Below the pieces are notes generated by a model, which had not been told where the DNA came from, ran no database searches, and saw nothing but the letters and a program-made list of their open reading frames with translations. 31,308 nucleotides of DNA from a virus (Duplodnaviria > Heunggongvirae > Uroviricota > Caudoviricetes): IMG/VR virus record IMGVR_UViG_2690316224_000023; one strand, given 5' to 3'. The translations under genes and the position numbers were made by a program. Position 1 is the first letter of the stretch; every line of letters starts with the position of its first letter. Of this stretch, positions 1 through 8,225 are shown piece after piece.

Positions 1-1011
1 TTATAACGTCACTCCGCCTTTTAGTGGATTCAGAGCGACGGCATTTTGCAGATAGTCAGGCGCAAGGTGCGCATAGGCCATCGTCTGCTGAATGCTCGCA
101 TGTCCCAGAATCTGTTGCAGTGCGATTATATTGCCCCCATTCATCATGAAATGGCTTGCGAATGTATGCCGCAGGATGTGGGTTGCCTGATTGGGTGGTA
201 TATCAGGTTTCACTCTGCGTAAAATCCCGCAAAATTTCTCATAATCAACTTTGAATAATTTGGCGCTGGCCTCCTCTTTAACTTTTTTCTCCAGTTCCTC
301 AGAAATCGGCACGGTTCGCTTTTTACCGTTTTTGGTTTTCAGGAAGGTAACCCTGCAATTTGTAATCTGTGCTGGTTTTAGCGTGGCAACTTCCGTCCAT
401 CTTCCTCCAGTGCTCAGACATAAAAGCGCGACAAGTAAGTCATCACCAGCCAAAACATTTAACAGTTTTTCGATTTCTGCTTTTTCCAGGAACGTCATTT
501 CAGGGTTGGCCTCCGCCAGTGGCGGCAGTCCGTGAATTGGGTGTTGCCCGGAAAATTCATCCAATTGAATTAATTTTGTGAACATGCCGGATAATCGGTA
601 CATGTCACGGTTTATCGTTGCGGCACTGATACCATCACGTAGTCGCATGGAACGATAATCCATCAAAGCCCTTTTGCTCATCCTGCTCACTGGTATATCA
701 CCTATGCCGCTGATGGTTTTGAGTAGATGATTAAACTCTTTAGTTCCATGCTCGTGGTTTTGCCCGTGATATTTCCACCAGATGTCCAGCAACTCACTCA
801 AAGTCCGGCGGTCTGCTCGCTGGCCTCCCCATTCTTTCTGACTGGCATTGGCGATTGTGTATCGCTCAAATGCTAGTGCTTCAGCTTTTCTTTCGAATTT
901 CCTGCGGATGCGTTTTCCGTCGCGACCGCGAGGTCTAATGTCCACTTCATAGCGACCATCATCGAGCTTCTTAATTGCCATAAGAAAGCCCTCCGGCGCT
1001 GTATTCACCAT
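1..1011 (-). CDS. int: Tyrosine integrase, P2 Int-like; complete, with stop codon at window positions 1-3
   Basis: 336-aa ORF; C-terminal tyrosine-recombinase box (HILRHTFASH ... GHASIQQTMAYAHL with the catalytic Tyr); sits at the prophage end co-transcribed downstream of the repressor, as in P2 (Int remembered as 337 aa). Confidence 0.9.
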   Translation of the reverse strand: MVNTAPEGFLMAIKKLDDGRYEVDIRPRGRDGKRIRRKFERKAEALAFERYTIANASQKEWGGQRADRRTLSELLDIWWKYHGQNHEHGTKEFNHLLKTISGIGDIPVSRMSKRALMDYRSMRLRDGISAATINRDMYRLSGMFTKLIQLDEFSGQHPIHGLPPLAEANPEMTFLEKAEIEKLLNVLAGDDLLVALLCLSTGGRWTEVATLKPAQITNCRVTFLKTKNGKKRTVPISEELEKKVKEEASAKLFKVDYEKFCGILRRVKPDIPPNQATHILRHTFASHFMMNGGNIIALQQILGHASIQQTMAYAHLAPDYLQNAVALNPLKGGVTL

Positions 1012-1050
1012 CTTGGTAGCAAATGGTGAAAATGTAATCTTTATATAGAG

Positions 1051-1344
1051 TTAGCCAATCCTTTTCGCGGAGTGGTTGGACTCTGTTGACTCTGGCCCAA
1101 TGTGCGCGAGAGCCGGTGCGATTTGTCCTGCGTCCGGCGCGGTTTTATCTGTCATAAGCCATAGAGCATATTTTTGGAATGTGGGATGCATAGTGATTTT
1201 TAGCAAAGCTGTGCCACCGGGTTCAAAGTTTCCTCCTTCATATTTTTTAAGTGTGCTTAGCGGTAACTCTATGATTTCACAGAATTTTGATTGGCTTAGC
1301 CCTTCAGCCTCACGCAAGGCCTTAATCTTTTCGCTTAATTTCAT
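1051..1344 (-). CDS. C: Immunity repressor, P2 C-like HTH protein
   Basis: 97-aa ORF immediately upstream of int on the same strand; N-terminal helix-turn-helix-like segment (LSQSKFCEIIELPLSTLKKYE); divergent from the early operon. Confidence 0.75.
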   Translation of the reverse strand: MKLSEKIKALREAEGLSQSKFCEIIELPLSTLKKYEGGNFEPGGTALLKITMHPTFQKYALWLMTDKTAPDAGQIAPALAHIGPESTESNHSAKRIG

Positions 1345-1405
1345 TTGACATGGTTCCTATATAGGGACTAAATTCCCTCAAAACTGGAACCTATATAGGT
1401 TCCAT
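1345..1405. promoter_or_regulatory. Lysis/lysogeny switch region with operator-like repeats between C and cox
   Basis: Two copies of the 10-bp palindrome CCTATATAGG (1356-1365, 1390-1399), the second inside a perfect 18-bp palindrome GGAACCTATATAGGTTCC (1386-1403); TTGACA hexamer at 1345-1350 right after the C start codon; AT-rich TATATA cores could double as -10 elements. Confidence 0.5.
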
Positions 1406-1480
1406 TGATTTGAGAATAAACCAGCGTCTAAACGGTTTTGAGTGGTTTAGAAAGGGCTGGATCCTATGAGGGTACCATAT

Positions 1481-1753
1481 ATGGACGCTGAAAATTATGT
1501 GATTCAGTATCCGCTTGATGCGGTTCATGTGGATAAATTTGCTGATTTATTAGGGAAGCCAAAGACAGCTGTCAGTGAAATGGTGAAGGCAAATAAATTA
1601 CCAATTATTGAATTGCGTGATCCTTGCAAACCGAAGGCTCGTGCCGGTGAAAAATGGGTTTTCATTCCTGAGTTTAATCGCGCTGTACGTGAGGCGTTTT
1701 ATAACCGACCGGTTGAACAGCGTGATGCATGGCTTTTGTGGATGGGGTTGTGA
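1481..1753 (+). CDS. cox: Cox-like early regulator/excisionase (ORF track starts at 1466; GAGGG Shine-Dalgarno favours ATG 1481)
   Basis: First gene of the rightward early operon, divergent from C, about 90 aa, as P2 cox; assignment by position and size only. Confidence 0.5.
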   Translation: MDAENYVIQYPLDAVHVDKFADLLGKPKTAVSEMVKANKLPIIELRDPCKPKARAGEKWVFIPEFNRAVREAFYNRPVEQRDAWLLWMGL

Positions 1754-1755
1754 TT

Positions 1756-1926
1756 ATGAATGAGCCGCGTTGTATTGCTCAGTTACTGCGTAACGAAAGC
1801 CCCAGGGCGATTGACTTCACAATCACCCACGGGAAGGGACGCAAGGGAATCATTATCCGCACCAAAAAACAGAGTCCGTTAAAAAAGGCTCTGACCTTTC
1901 TGAAAAGCCGGAGGGTCTGGAAATGA
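1756..1926 (+). CDS. Small early protein of unknown function (P2 orf78 position)
   Basis: ORF 1729..1926 with internal ATG at 1756 preceded by a GGGG-rich RBS; lies between cox and B. Confidence 0.35.
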   Translation: MNEPRCIAQLLRNESPRAIDFTITHGKGRKGIIIRTKKQSPLKKALTFLKSRRVWK

Positions 1927-2423
1927 CAGTGATGACGCTCAATCTCGTTGAAAAACAGCCAGCAGCTATGCGCCGGATAATTGGCAAGCATCTTGCTGTC
2001 CCTCGCTGGCAGGATACATGTGATTATTATAATCAGATGATGGAACGCGAACGGCTAACGGTTTGCTTCCATGCGCAGTTAAAACAGCGTCACGCAACGA
2101 TGCGTTTTGAAGAAATGAACGACGTCGAACGTGAACGGCTGGTTTGTGCAATTGATGAATTGCGTGGGGCATTCTCAAAACGCCGTCAGGTTGGCGCAAG
2201 TGAGTATGCATATATTAGTTTTTTAACAGTCAGTCAGCGTCGTACTTTATTTATGCATGCCGGATTGACTGAAAAAGAATTCAACCAGCCATACTGGCGA
2301 ATTAATGAAGAATCATGTTACTGGCGTGATGCTTTATTCCGTGCATTACGTGAATTATTCAGCCTGTTTGAGTATGCACCGACAATTCTGACGTCGGTAA
2401 AACCAGAGCAATATCTGCATTAA
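1923..2423 (+). CDS. B: Replication protein B-like (helicase-loader accessory)
   Basis: 166 aa, the same length I recall for P2 gpB, at the same position between cox and A; start overlaps the preceding stop (ATGA). Confidence 0.6.
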   Translation: MTVMTLNLVEKQPAAMRRIIGKHLAVPRWQDTCDYYNQMMERERLTVCFHAQLKQRHATMRFEEMNDVERERLVCAIDELRGAFSKRRQVGASEYAYISFLTVSQRRTLFMHAGLTEKEFNQPYWRINEESCYWRDALFRALRELFSLFEYAPTILTSVKPEQYLH

Positions 2424-2486
2424 ATAATTAACCAGAGTTTTTAACGCACTTAATCGTGCGGGGCTTCTTTTTGCCTGGAGAAAGTC

Positions 2487-2711
2487 ATGCATACAGTTTC
2501 TGAAAACAAGTGCGGTAAATACGCATTACTGCTGCAACAGGCCAGAGCCGAAGCACAGGCCGACGCAGCGACACGCTTTTCTTCTCATCTTGACGCCATG
2601 ATTCGCCATATCACAAAGGCGGAGTTATCCCGCGTGGAGATAGTCGAGCTGCTCAGTCAGGAGTCGGAAAAATTTCACAATATCGGATTGTCTCGCGGGG
2701 AGGTGCTTTGA
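2487..2711 (+). CDS. Small early protein (P2 orf80 position)
   Basis: 74-aa ORF in the early operon; start ATG preceded by GGAGAAAG. Confidence 0.5.
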   Translation: MHTVSENKCGKYALLLQQARAEAQADAATRFSSHLDAMIRHITKAELSRVEIVELLSQESEKFHNIGLSRGEVL

Positions 2712-3013
2712 TGTCCTGTTCTCATTCAGTTGTATTACTGAATAACGCCTTAAAAATCGCCGTTATGAAAAATGGCGATTTGTCTCTTATTCAACTTTGC
2801 CTTGATAAAGAAAAGCGCGACATAACTGAATCTGTTATCGCGATTTATCAGAGCGAATTAAACCTCCTGTCTGATGTGATCAATTTACTTGTGAAACGCG
2901 CTGTATTTCACAAGCAAATTTCCTCAGTGGATGAACTGACAAAATTAACGACAGAACTCGCCAGCTATTGCGCTGATGAATTTAAGAAACTGAACGACAA
3001 AAGGAACTGGTAA
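2708..3013 (+). CDS. Small early protein (P2 orf81 position)
   Basis: 101-aa ORF, start overlaps the previous stop (ATGA), consistent with translational coupling. Confidence 0.5.
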   Translation: MMSCSHSVVLLNNALKIAVMKNGDLSLIQLCLDKEKRDITESVIAIYQSELNLLSDVINLLVKRAVFHKQISSVDELTKLTTELASYCADEFKKLNDKRNW

Positions 3014-3237
3014 TGCCGGACAACGTAGATTTCATTCAGGAACAACAGGCTGAATTACTGGAGCGCCAGATTAACGCGGCAAGGGTAAAACATTGCGGTG
3101 CTTCTGCGCTGGTTTGCGAAGAGTGTGACGCGCCAATACCTGCTGCCCGTCGTGCGGCTTATCCGTCAGCCACGCGTTGTGTTTCCTGCCAGTCAGTCTT
3201 TGAAGCAAAAAACAAACATTACCGGAGAACGGCATGA
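3013..3237 (+). CDS. TraR/DksA-family C4 zinc-finger protein (P2 orf82 position)
   Basis: 74 aa with two CxxC pairs (CEECDAP ... CVSCQS) in the spacing typical of DksA/TraR zinc fingers. Confidence 0.65.
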   Translation: MPDNVDFIQEQQAELLERQINAARVKHCGASALVCEECDAPIPAARRAAYPSATRCVSCQSVFEAKNKHYRRTA

Positions 3238-3509
3238 GTATTCGTATTGAAATTGGCGAACGTTATGTCGTTACCAGTGACAGCTTTCAGTTTATTCTCC
3301 ACGAGAAAAAGAGAGCGGAAAGCGGTAAAAACGCCGGTCAGGAATGGCTGGCGGTGGTTGGTTATTACCCGAAATTAAGCCAGCTCGTTTCCGGCCTGAT
3401 GCATCACGATATTCTGACCGGAAGCGCAAAGTCTTTTGCTGATTTAAACGCGCAGGTTGAGCAACTCAGCAAGCGTTGTTCAGAGGCTTTTGGCTCATAT
3501 GGCCGTTAA
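3234..3509 (+). CDS. Small early protein (P2 orf83 position)
   Basis: 91-aa ORF; start overlaps the previous stop; ends at TAA 3507-3509, overlapping the probable A start. Confidence 0.5.
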   Translation: MSIRIEIGERYVVTSDSFQFILHEKKRAESGKNAGQEWLAVVGYYPKLSQLVSGLMHHDILTGSAKSFADLNAQVEQLSKRCSEAFGSYGR

Positions 3510-5787
3510 AGCCTCCGGGCGTTTTGTCCCTCCGTCAGCATTTGCCGCAGGCACCGGTAAGACGTTTACCGGTGCTTATGCATGGAACGCGCCACGCGAG
3601 GCTGTCGGGCGCGAAAGACCCCTTACACGTGACGAGATGCGTCAGGTGCAAGGTGTTTTATCCACGATTAATCGCCTGCCTTACTTTTTGCGCTCGCTGT
3701 TTACTTCACGCTATGACTACATCCGGCGCAATAAAAGCCCGGTGCACGGGTTTTATTTCCTCACATCCACTTTTCAGCGTCGTTTATGGCCGCGCATTGA
3801 GCGTGTGAATCAGCGCCATGAAATGAACACCGACGCGTCGTTGCTGTTTCTGGCAGAGCGTGACCACTATGCGCGCCTGCCTGGAATGAATGACAAGGAG
3901 CTGAAAAAGTTTGCCGCCCGTATCTCATCGCAGCTTTTCATAATGTATGAGGAACTCTGCGATGCCTGGGTGGATGCGCATGGCGAGAAAGAATCACTGT
4001 TTACGGATGAGGCGCAGGCTCACCTGTATGGTCATGTTGCTGGCGCTGCACGTGCTTTCAATATTTCCCCGCTCTACTGGAAAAAATACCGTAAAGGGCA
4101 GATGACCACGAGGCAGGCATATTCTTCCATTGCCCGTCTGTTTAACGATGAGTGGTGGACTCATCAGCTTAAAGGCCAGCGTATGCGCTGGCATGAGGCG
4201 TTACTGATTGCTGTCGGGGAGGTGAATAAAGACCGTTCTCCTTATGCCAGCAAACATGCCATTCGTGATGTACGTGCACGCCGCCAGGCAAATCTGGAAT
4301 TTCTTAAATCGTGTGACCTTGAAAACAGGGAAACCGGCGAGCGCATCGACCTTATCAGTAAGGTGATGGGCAGTATTTCTAATCCTGAAATTCGCCGGAT
4401 GGAGCTGATGAACACCATTGCTGGCATTGAGCGTTACGCCGCCGCAGAGGGTGATGTGGGGATGTTTATCACGCTGACCGCGCCGTCAAAGTATCACCCG
4501 ACACGTCAGGTCGGAAAAGGCGAAAGTAAAACCGTCCAGCTAAATCACGGCTGGAACGATGAGGCATTTAATCCAAAGGATGCGCAGCGTTATCTCTGCC
4601 ATATCTGGAGCCTGATGCGCACGGCATTCAAGGATAATGATTTACAGGTCTACGGTTTGCGTGTCGTCGAGCCACACCACGACGGAACGCCGCACTGGCA
4701 TATGATGCTTTTTTGTAATCCACGCCAGCGTAACCAGATTATTGAAATCATGCGTCGCTACGCGCTCAAAGAGGATGGCGACGAAAGAGGAGCTGCGCGA
4801 AACCGTTTTCAGGCAAAACACCTTAACCGGGGCGGTGCTGCGGGGTATATCGCGAAATACATCTCAAAAAACATCGATGGCTATGCACTGGATGGTCAGC
4901 TCGATAACGATACCGGCAGGCCGCTGAAAGACACTGCCGCGGCTGTTACCGCATGGGCGTCAACGTGGCGCATTCCGCAATTTAAAACGGTTGGCCTGCC
5001 GACAATGGGGGCTTACCGTGAACTACGCAAATTGCCGCGCGGCGTCAGCATTGCTGATGAGTTTGACGAGCGCGTCGAGGCTGCACGCGCCGCCGCAGAC
5101 AGTGGTGATTTTGCGTTGTATATCAGCGCGCAGGGTGGGGCAAATGTCCCGCGCGATCGTCAGACTGTCAGGGTCGCCCGTAGCCCGTCGGATGACGTTA
5201 ACGAGTACGAGGAAGAAGTCGAGAGAGTGGTCGGCATTTACGCGCCGCATCTCGGCGCGCGTCATATTCATATCACCAGAACGACGGACTGGCGCATTGT
5301 GCCGAAAGTTCCGGTCGTTGAGCCTTTGACTTTAAAAAGCGGCATCGCCGCGCCTCGGAGTCCTGTCAATAACTGTGGAAAGCTCACCGGTGGTGATACT
5401 TCGTTATCGGCTCCCACACCGACTGAGCACGCCGCAGCAGTGCTTAATCTGGTTGATGAGGGTGTCATCGAATGGAGTGACCCGGAGGTCGTGAAGGCGC
5501 TCAGGGGCGCATTAAAACACAACCTGAGAACACCAAATCGTCAGCAAAGAAACGGAAGCCCGTTAAAACCATATGAAATGGCACCATCGGCCAGACTGAC
5601 CAGGTCGGAACGAATGCAAATTACCCGTATCCGTGTTGACCTTGCTCAAAAGGGTATCAGGCCGCAGCGATGGGAGCTCGAAGTGTTGGCACGAGGCGCT
5701 ACTGTTAGTTATGAGGGACAAAATTTTGCATTCACGGATAGCCATGACTGGAGTGGTTTTGCTGAACACTTTGATCTTTTTGAGTAA
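3499..5787 (+). CDS. A: Rolling-circle replication initiator, P2 gpA-like (ORF track start 3457; ATG 3499 gives 762 aa, close to the 761 aa I recall for P2 A)
   Basis: HUH motif (GTPHWHMMLF) and paired catalytic tyrosines (GYIAKYISKN) typical of rolling-circle Rep endonucleases; position after the early small ORFs. Confidence 0.9.
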   Translation: MAVKASGRFVPPSAFAAGTGKTFTGAYAWNAPREAVGRERPLTRDEMRQVQGVLSTINRLPYFLRSLFTSRYDYIRRNKSPVHGFYFLTSTFQRRLWPRIERVNQRHEMNTDASLLFLAERDHYARLPGMNDKELKKFAARISSQLFIMYEELCDAWVDAHGEKESLFTDEAQAHLYGHVAGAARAFNISPLYWKKYRKGQMTTRQAYSSIARLFNDEWWTHQLKGQRMRWHEALLIAVGEVNKDRSPYASKHAIRDVRARRQANLEFLKSCDLENRETGERIDLISKVMGSISNPEIRRMELMNTIAGIERYAAAEGDVGMFITLTAPSKYHPTRQVGKGESKTVQLNHGWNDEAFNPKDAQRYLCHIWSLMRTAFKDNDLQVYGLRVVEPHHDGTPHWHMMLFCNPRQRNQIIEIMRRYALKEDGDERGAARNRFQAKHLNRGGAAGYIAKYISKNIDGYALDGQLDNDTGRPLKDTAAAVTAWASTWRIPQFKTVGLPTMGAYRELRKLPRGVSIADEFDERVEAARAAADSGDFALYISAQGGANVPRDRQTVRVARSPSDDVNEYEEEVERVVGIYAPHLGARHIHITRTTDWRIVPKVPVVEPLTLKSGIAAPRSPVNNCGKLTGGDTSLSAPTPTEHAAAVLNLVDEGVIEWSDPEVVKALRGALKHNLRTPNRQQRNGSPLKPYEMAPSARLTRSERMQITRIRVDLAQKGIRPQRWELEVLARGATVSYEGQNFAFTDSHDWSGFAEHFDLFE

Positions 5788-6017
5788 TTACCATAAAATG
5801 CTCAGGCTACCGCTTGGGATATCCCATGGAATGCTCAGTGTATACGCTTTATGCATAGGGTATAAAGGCTGCAATTGGCAACAATTGTGCTGACATGGAG
5901 ATAAACTCATGTTGAAACTAGTGAGAGTACGTCAGTACAACCGCTATCGTTTCGGACGTTGGGAGACGGTGCGTAAACACCGCCGTTCTTACCCAACACG
6001 ATGAGATGATATGCGGC

Positions 6018-8225
6018 CTAAGCGGTAGTGTCTTCTATATTCTTTTTCTCTTCATACATTTTATTAAAATGTGAAATATCTCCCATAAGTCTAAATATCT
6101 CTTTAAATTGTGTGATGTATATGTCGGGTGTTATTTCACCCATATCTGTTATGTTTATCGAATCTGAGTGTGAACCTCTATTTATATATCTATAGAAAGC
6201 CTTGAAATTACTATTGCTTTCATTTTGTGCAAGCCTGTTCAATTCATCTTGTAACTCGTTAGTTTTATGAACAAATGCAAAGTAATATTCTAAGATGTTT
6301 CTCATTGTATTAGGGATAACTACATTGTGAACTTTTCCATCTCTGGCATCCTTGAGTATTTGCCATAAAGATTGATATTCATTTTGCAAACTATCTCTGC
6401 TGATGTTAGAAAAAGAACTATGTAGGTTTTTTGTTATTCTAAAAAGCTGATAGGTGCTATTGAATTTCCTTTCTGAAATTGGAGCTAACTTTATTAGCTC
6501 ATGAAAAAAATATAGATTATGAGTGAGGATTATCACTTTATTAGCAGAAGTGAAAATGTCATAGTGAATCATCGATGCTATATCATAGATATAGTTCTGA
6601 GAGAGACTTGAAATAGGATCGTCAATGACGATTAAACTGTCTCGGTTGTCGAATTCATCTGTGTTTGTTTGTCCCTTACAATATTCAATAAAATAGAGAA
6701 ATGTAATGAGAGTTTTTTCACCTTCGCTAAGAGATCTATATACATTTTTACTTGGTGTATTATCTGAGCGAACTATAACGAAACTATTTTTTATGGTTGG
6801 ATGTTTATCAATGTAGAAACAGGTAATGCCAAGGTTTTTTAATTTTGAGTTTATCGAGGAGATTGTTGTGTCGATATCGGATGTTTTATTTCTTAATTCC
6901 TTTATTTCATCATCAGTGTGTTTGATTTCTTTGTTAATAGAATCAATGCTTTCTTCGAGACTCTTGATAATGATGTCGTTTTCGGCTTGAATTTTCTCTA
7001 AAACCTCAAAGTCTGTATTGCGGTAGTTTCTCAATGCTCCCCAAAACTGATTTTTTATTTTATCTTGAGTAAGGTTAAATTGTTTTACCTTTTCATTAAG
7101 GTCATTAATTCTAGAGTTATATTGTTTTATGTCTTTTAGAAGAGATTCCTCAATATCTTTATCTTTATCAAGAGTTACGCTGAGTGACGGGTTTTGTATC
7201 TTGTTATTAATTAACTCAATGTTACTTTTTAGCATTTTCTCAAGGGAAGAAATGTGAGCAAGACTAGTTTTTCTTTCTTCAATTGAGATTGCTGTACAGT
7301 CATTTAACTGTGTTTTTAGTAATTGAAGTTGTTCTTGAGTAGTTAATTCATAAATATATTTTAATTTTTCAATTGATGTTATTTTCTGAGCGTAGCTCTC
7401 ATCAAAAATTTGCTCGAGCGCCTCTGTGAATTTATCATCAATGGTTTCTTTTTGACAAAAAGGGCAAATGTCGCCAACTAAATAATTTTCTTTACCTTTT
7501 TTAACCCAATCGAGATTCTGAAGCTTTTTGATTGTTTCTGATAGATAGCTATTGCTAGAATCAATGACAGGAGTCTTTAATAAATTTTCATCATCAAAAG
7601 AAATAGGGTAAGGATTATATGGAGATATTGTTTGTATGGTGGTGTTTTTATGATTCAATAACTCTCTGTAGTCAGTTAATAATTGATTTAAATCTATATC
7701 AGGTAATCTAATAGAAGACTTTACCTTTGTGAAAAGGTTTCTTTTATTCTTAAGGTACCCTGCCATTAATGAGTTGACATCAGAGTTTCTTATGTATTCG
7801 GTATTTAACCATATTGATTCAGTACAACTTGTTTCTGCATCATGATTGCGGTCTTTAATTTTTTGATAATTTGTTTTTGTTGCCTCTAGTTTTATTTTTA
7901 ATGTTTTAACTATTTCTCTTTTCTTACTTATCTCTTTTTCGATCTCGGTATTTTCTTTGCTTAATGTAAAAATCCCTTTTTGAACATCTTTATCAAAGAA
8001 GTTGTCTTCAATGAACTTTGTATTATAAACCAATGGACGATAGTTATTAATGTTTGTGCAGCGGCAGTCCCTATAGTCATCGTCTGCTGGATTATAGAAA
8101 AAATTTGATATGGTAGATTTCCCAGCTCCGTTTTGCCCGTAAAGGATATTTATTCTTTTTTCGAGGGATATTTTCGTATATTTATTTTTGTCGTAGCTTG
8201 TTACATTTTTTAGACTAAGTTCCAT
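6018..8225 (-). CDS. Cargo gene: 735-aa ABC/SMC-like ATPase with coiled-coil/CxxC insert and C-terminal putative nuclease domain; candidate anti-phage defence protein (RloC/PrrC-like architecture)
   Basis: Walker A GQNGAGKST (nt 8112-8138), CPFC (7455-7466), ABC signature-like LSEGEK (6714-6731), Walker B LIVIDD (6618-6635), H-loop ILTHN (6516-6530), C-terminal R642-x3-E646 ... H653/H686; strongly AT-rich against GC-rich phage flanks; sits where P2 has old/tin. Confidence 0.8.
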   Translation of the reverse strand: MELSLKNVTSYDKNKYTKISLEKRINILYGQNGAGKSTISNFFYNPADDDYRDCRCTNINNYRPLVYNTKFIEDNFFDKDVQKGIFTLSKENTEIEKEISKKREIVKTLKIKLEATKTNYQKIKDRNHDAETSCTESIWLNTEYIRNSDVNSLMAGYLKNKRNLFTKVKSSIRLPDIDLNQLLTDYRELLNHKNTTIQTISPYNPYPISFDDENLLKTPVIDSSNSYLSETIKKLQNLDWVKKGKENYLVGDICPFCQKETIDDKFTEALEQIFDESYAQKITSIEKLKYIYELTTQEQLQLLKTQLNDCTAISIEERKTSLAHISSLEKMLKSNIELINNKIQNPSLSVTLDKDKDIEESLLKDIKQYNSRINDLNEKVKQFNLTQDKIKNQFWGALRNYRNTDFEVLEKIQAENDIIIKSLEESIDSINKEIKHTDDEIKELRNKTSDIDTTISSINSKLKNLGITCFYIDKHPTIKNSFVIVRSDNTPSKNVYRSLSEGEKTLITFLYFIEYCKGQTNTDEFDNRDSLIVIDDPISSLSQNYIYDIASMIHYDIFTSANKVIILTHNLYFFHELIKLAPISERKFNSTYQLFRITKNLHSSFSNISRDSLQNEYQSLWQILKDARDGKVHNVVIPNTMRNILEYYFAFVHKTNELQDELNRLAQNESNSNFKAFYRYINRGSHSDSINITDMGEITPDIYITQFKEIFRLMGDISHFNKMYEEKKNIEDTTA

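Noticed and set aside
2444-2472. Possible terminator after B (CGCAC-loop-GTGCG followed by a T-rich run)
   Set aside because: Only a 5-bp stem and an interrupted T-tract; too weak to call, and the early operon continues downstream.
5633-5893. 86-aa plus-strand ORF across the end of A into the spacer
   Set aside because: Alternate frame of the A 3' end with no RBS; A accounts for the coding signal.
5908-5973. Short ORF with a good GGAGA RBS in the A-cargo spacer
   Set aside because: On careful reading it encodes only 21 aa (MLKLVRVRQYNPLSFRTLGDGA) before TAA; too short and featureless to call, though a micro-ORF cannot be excluded.
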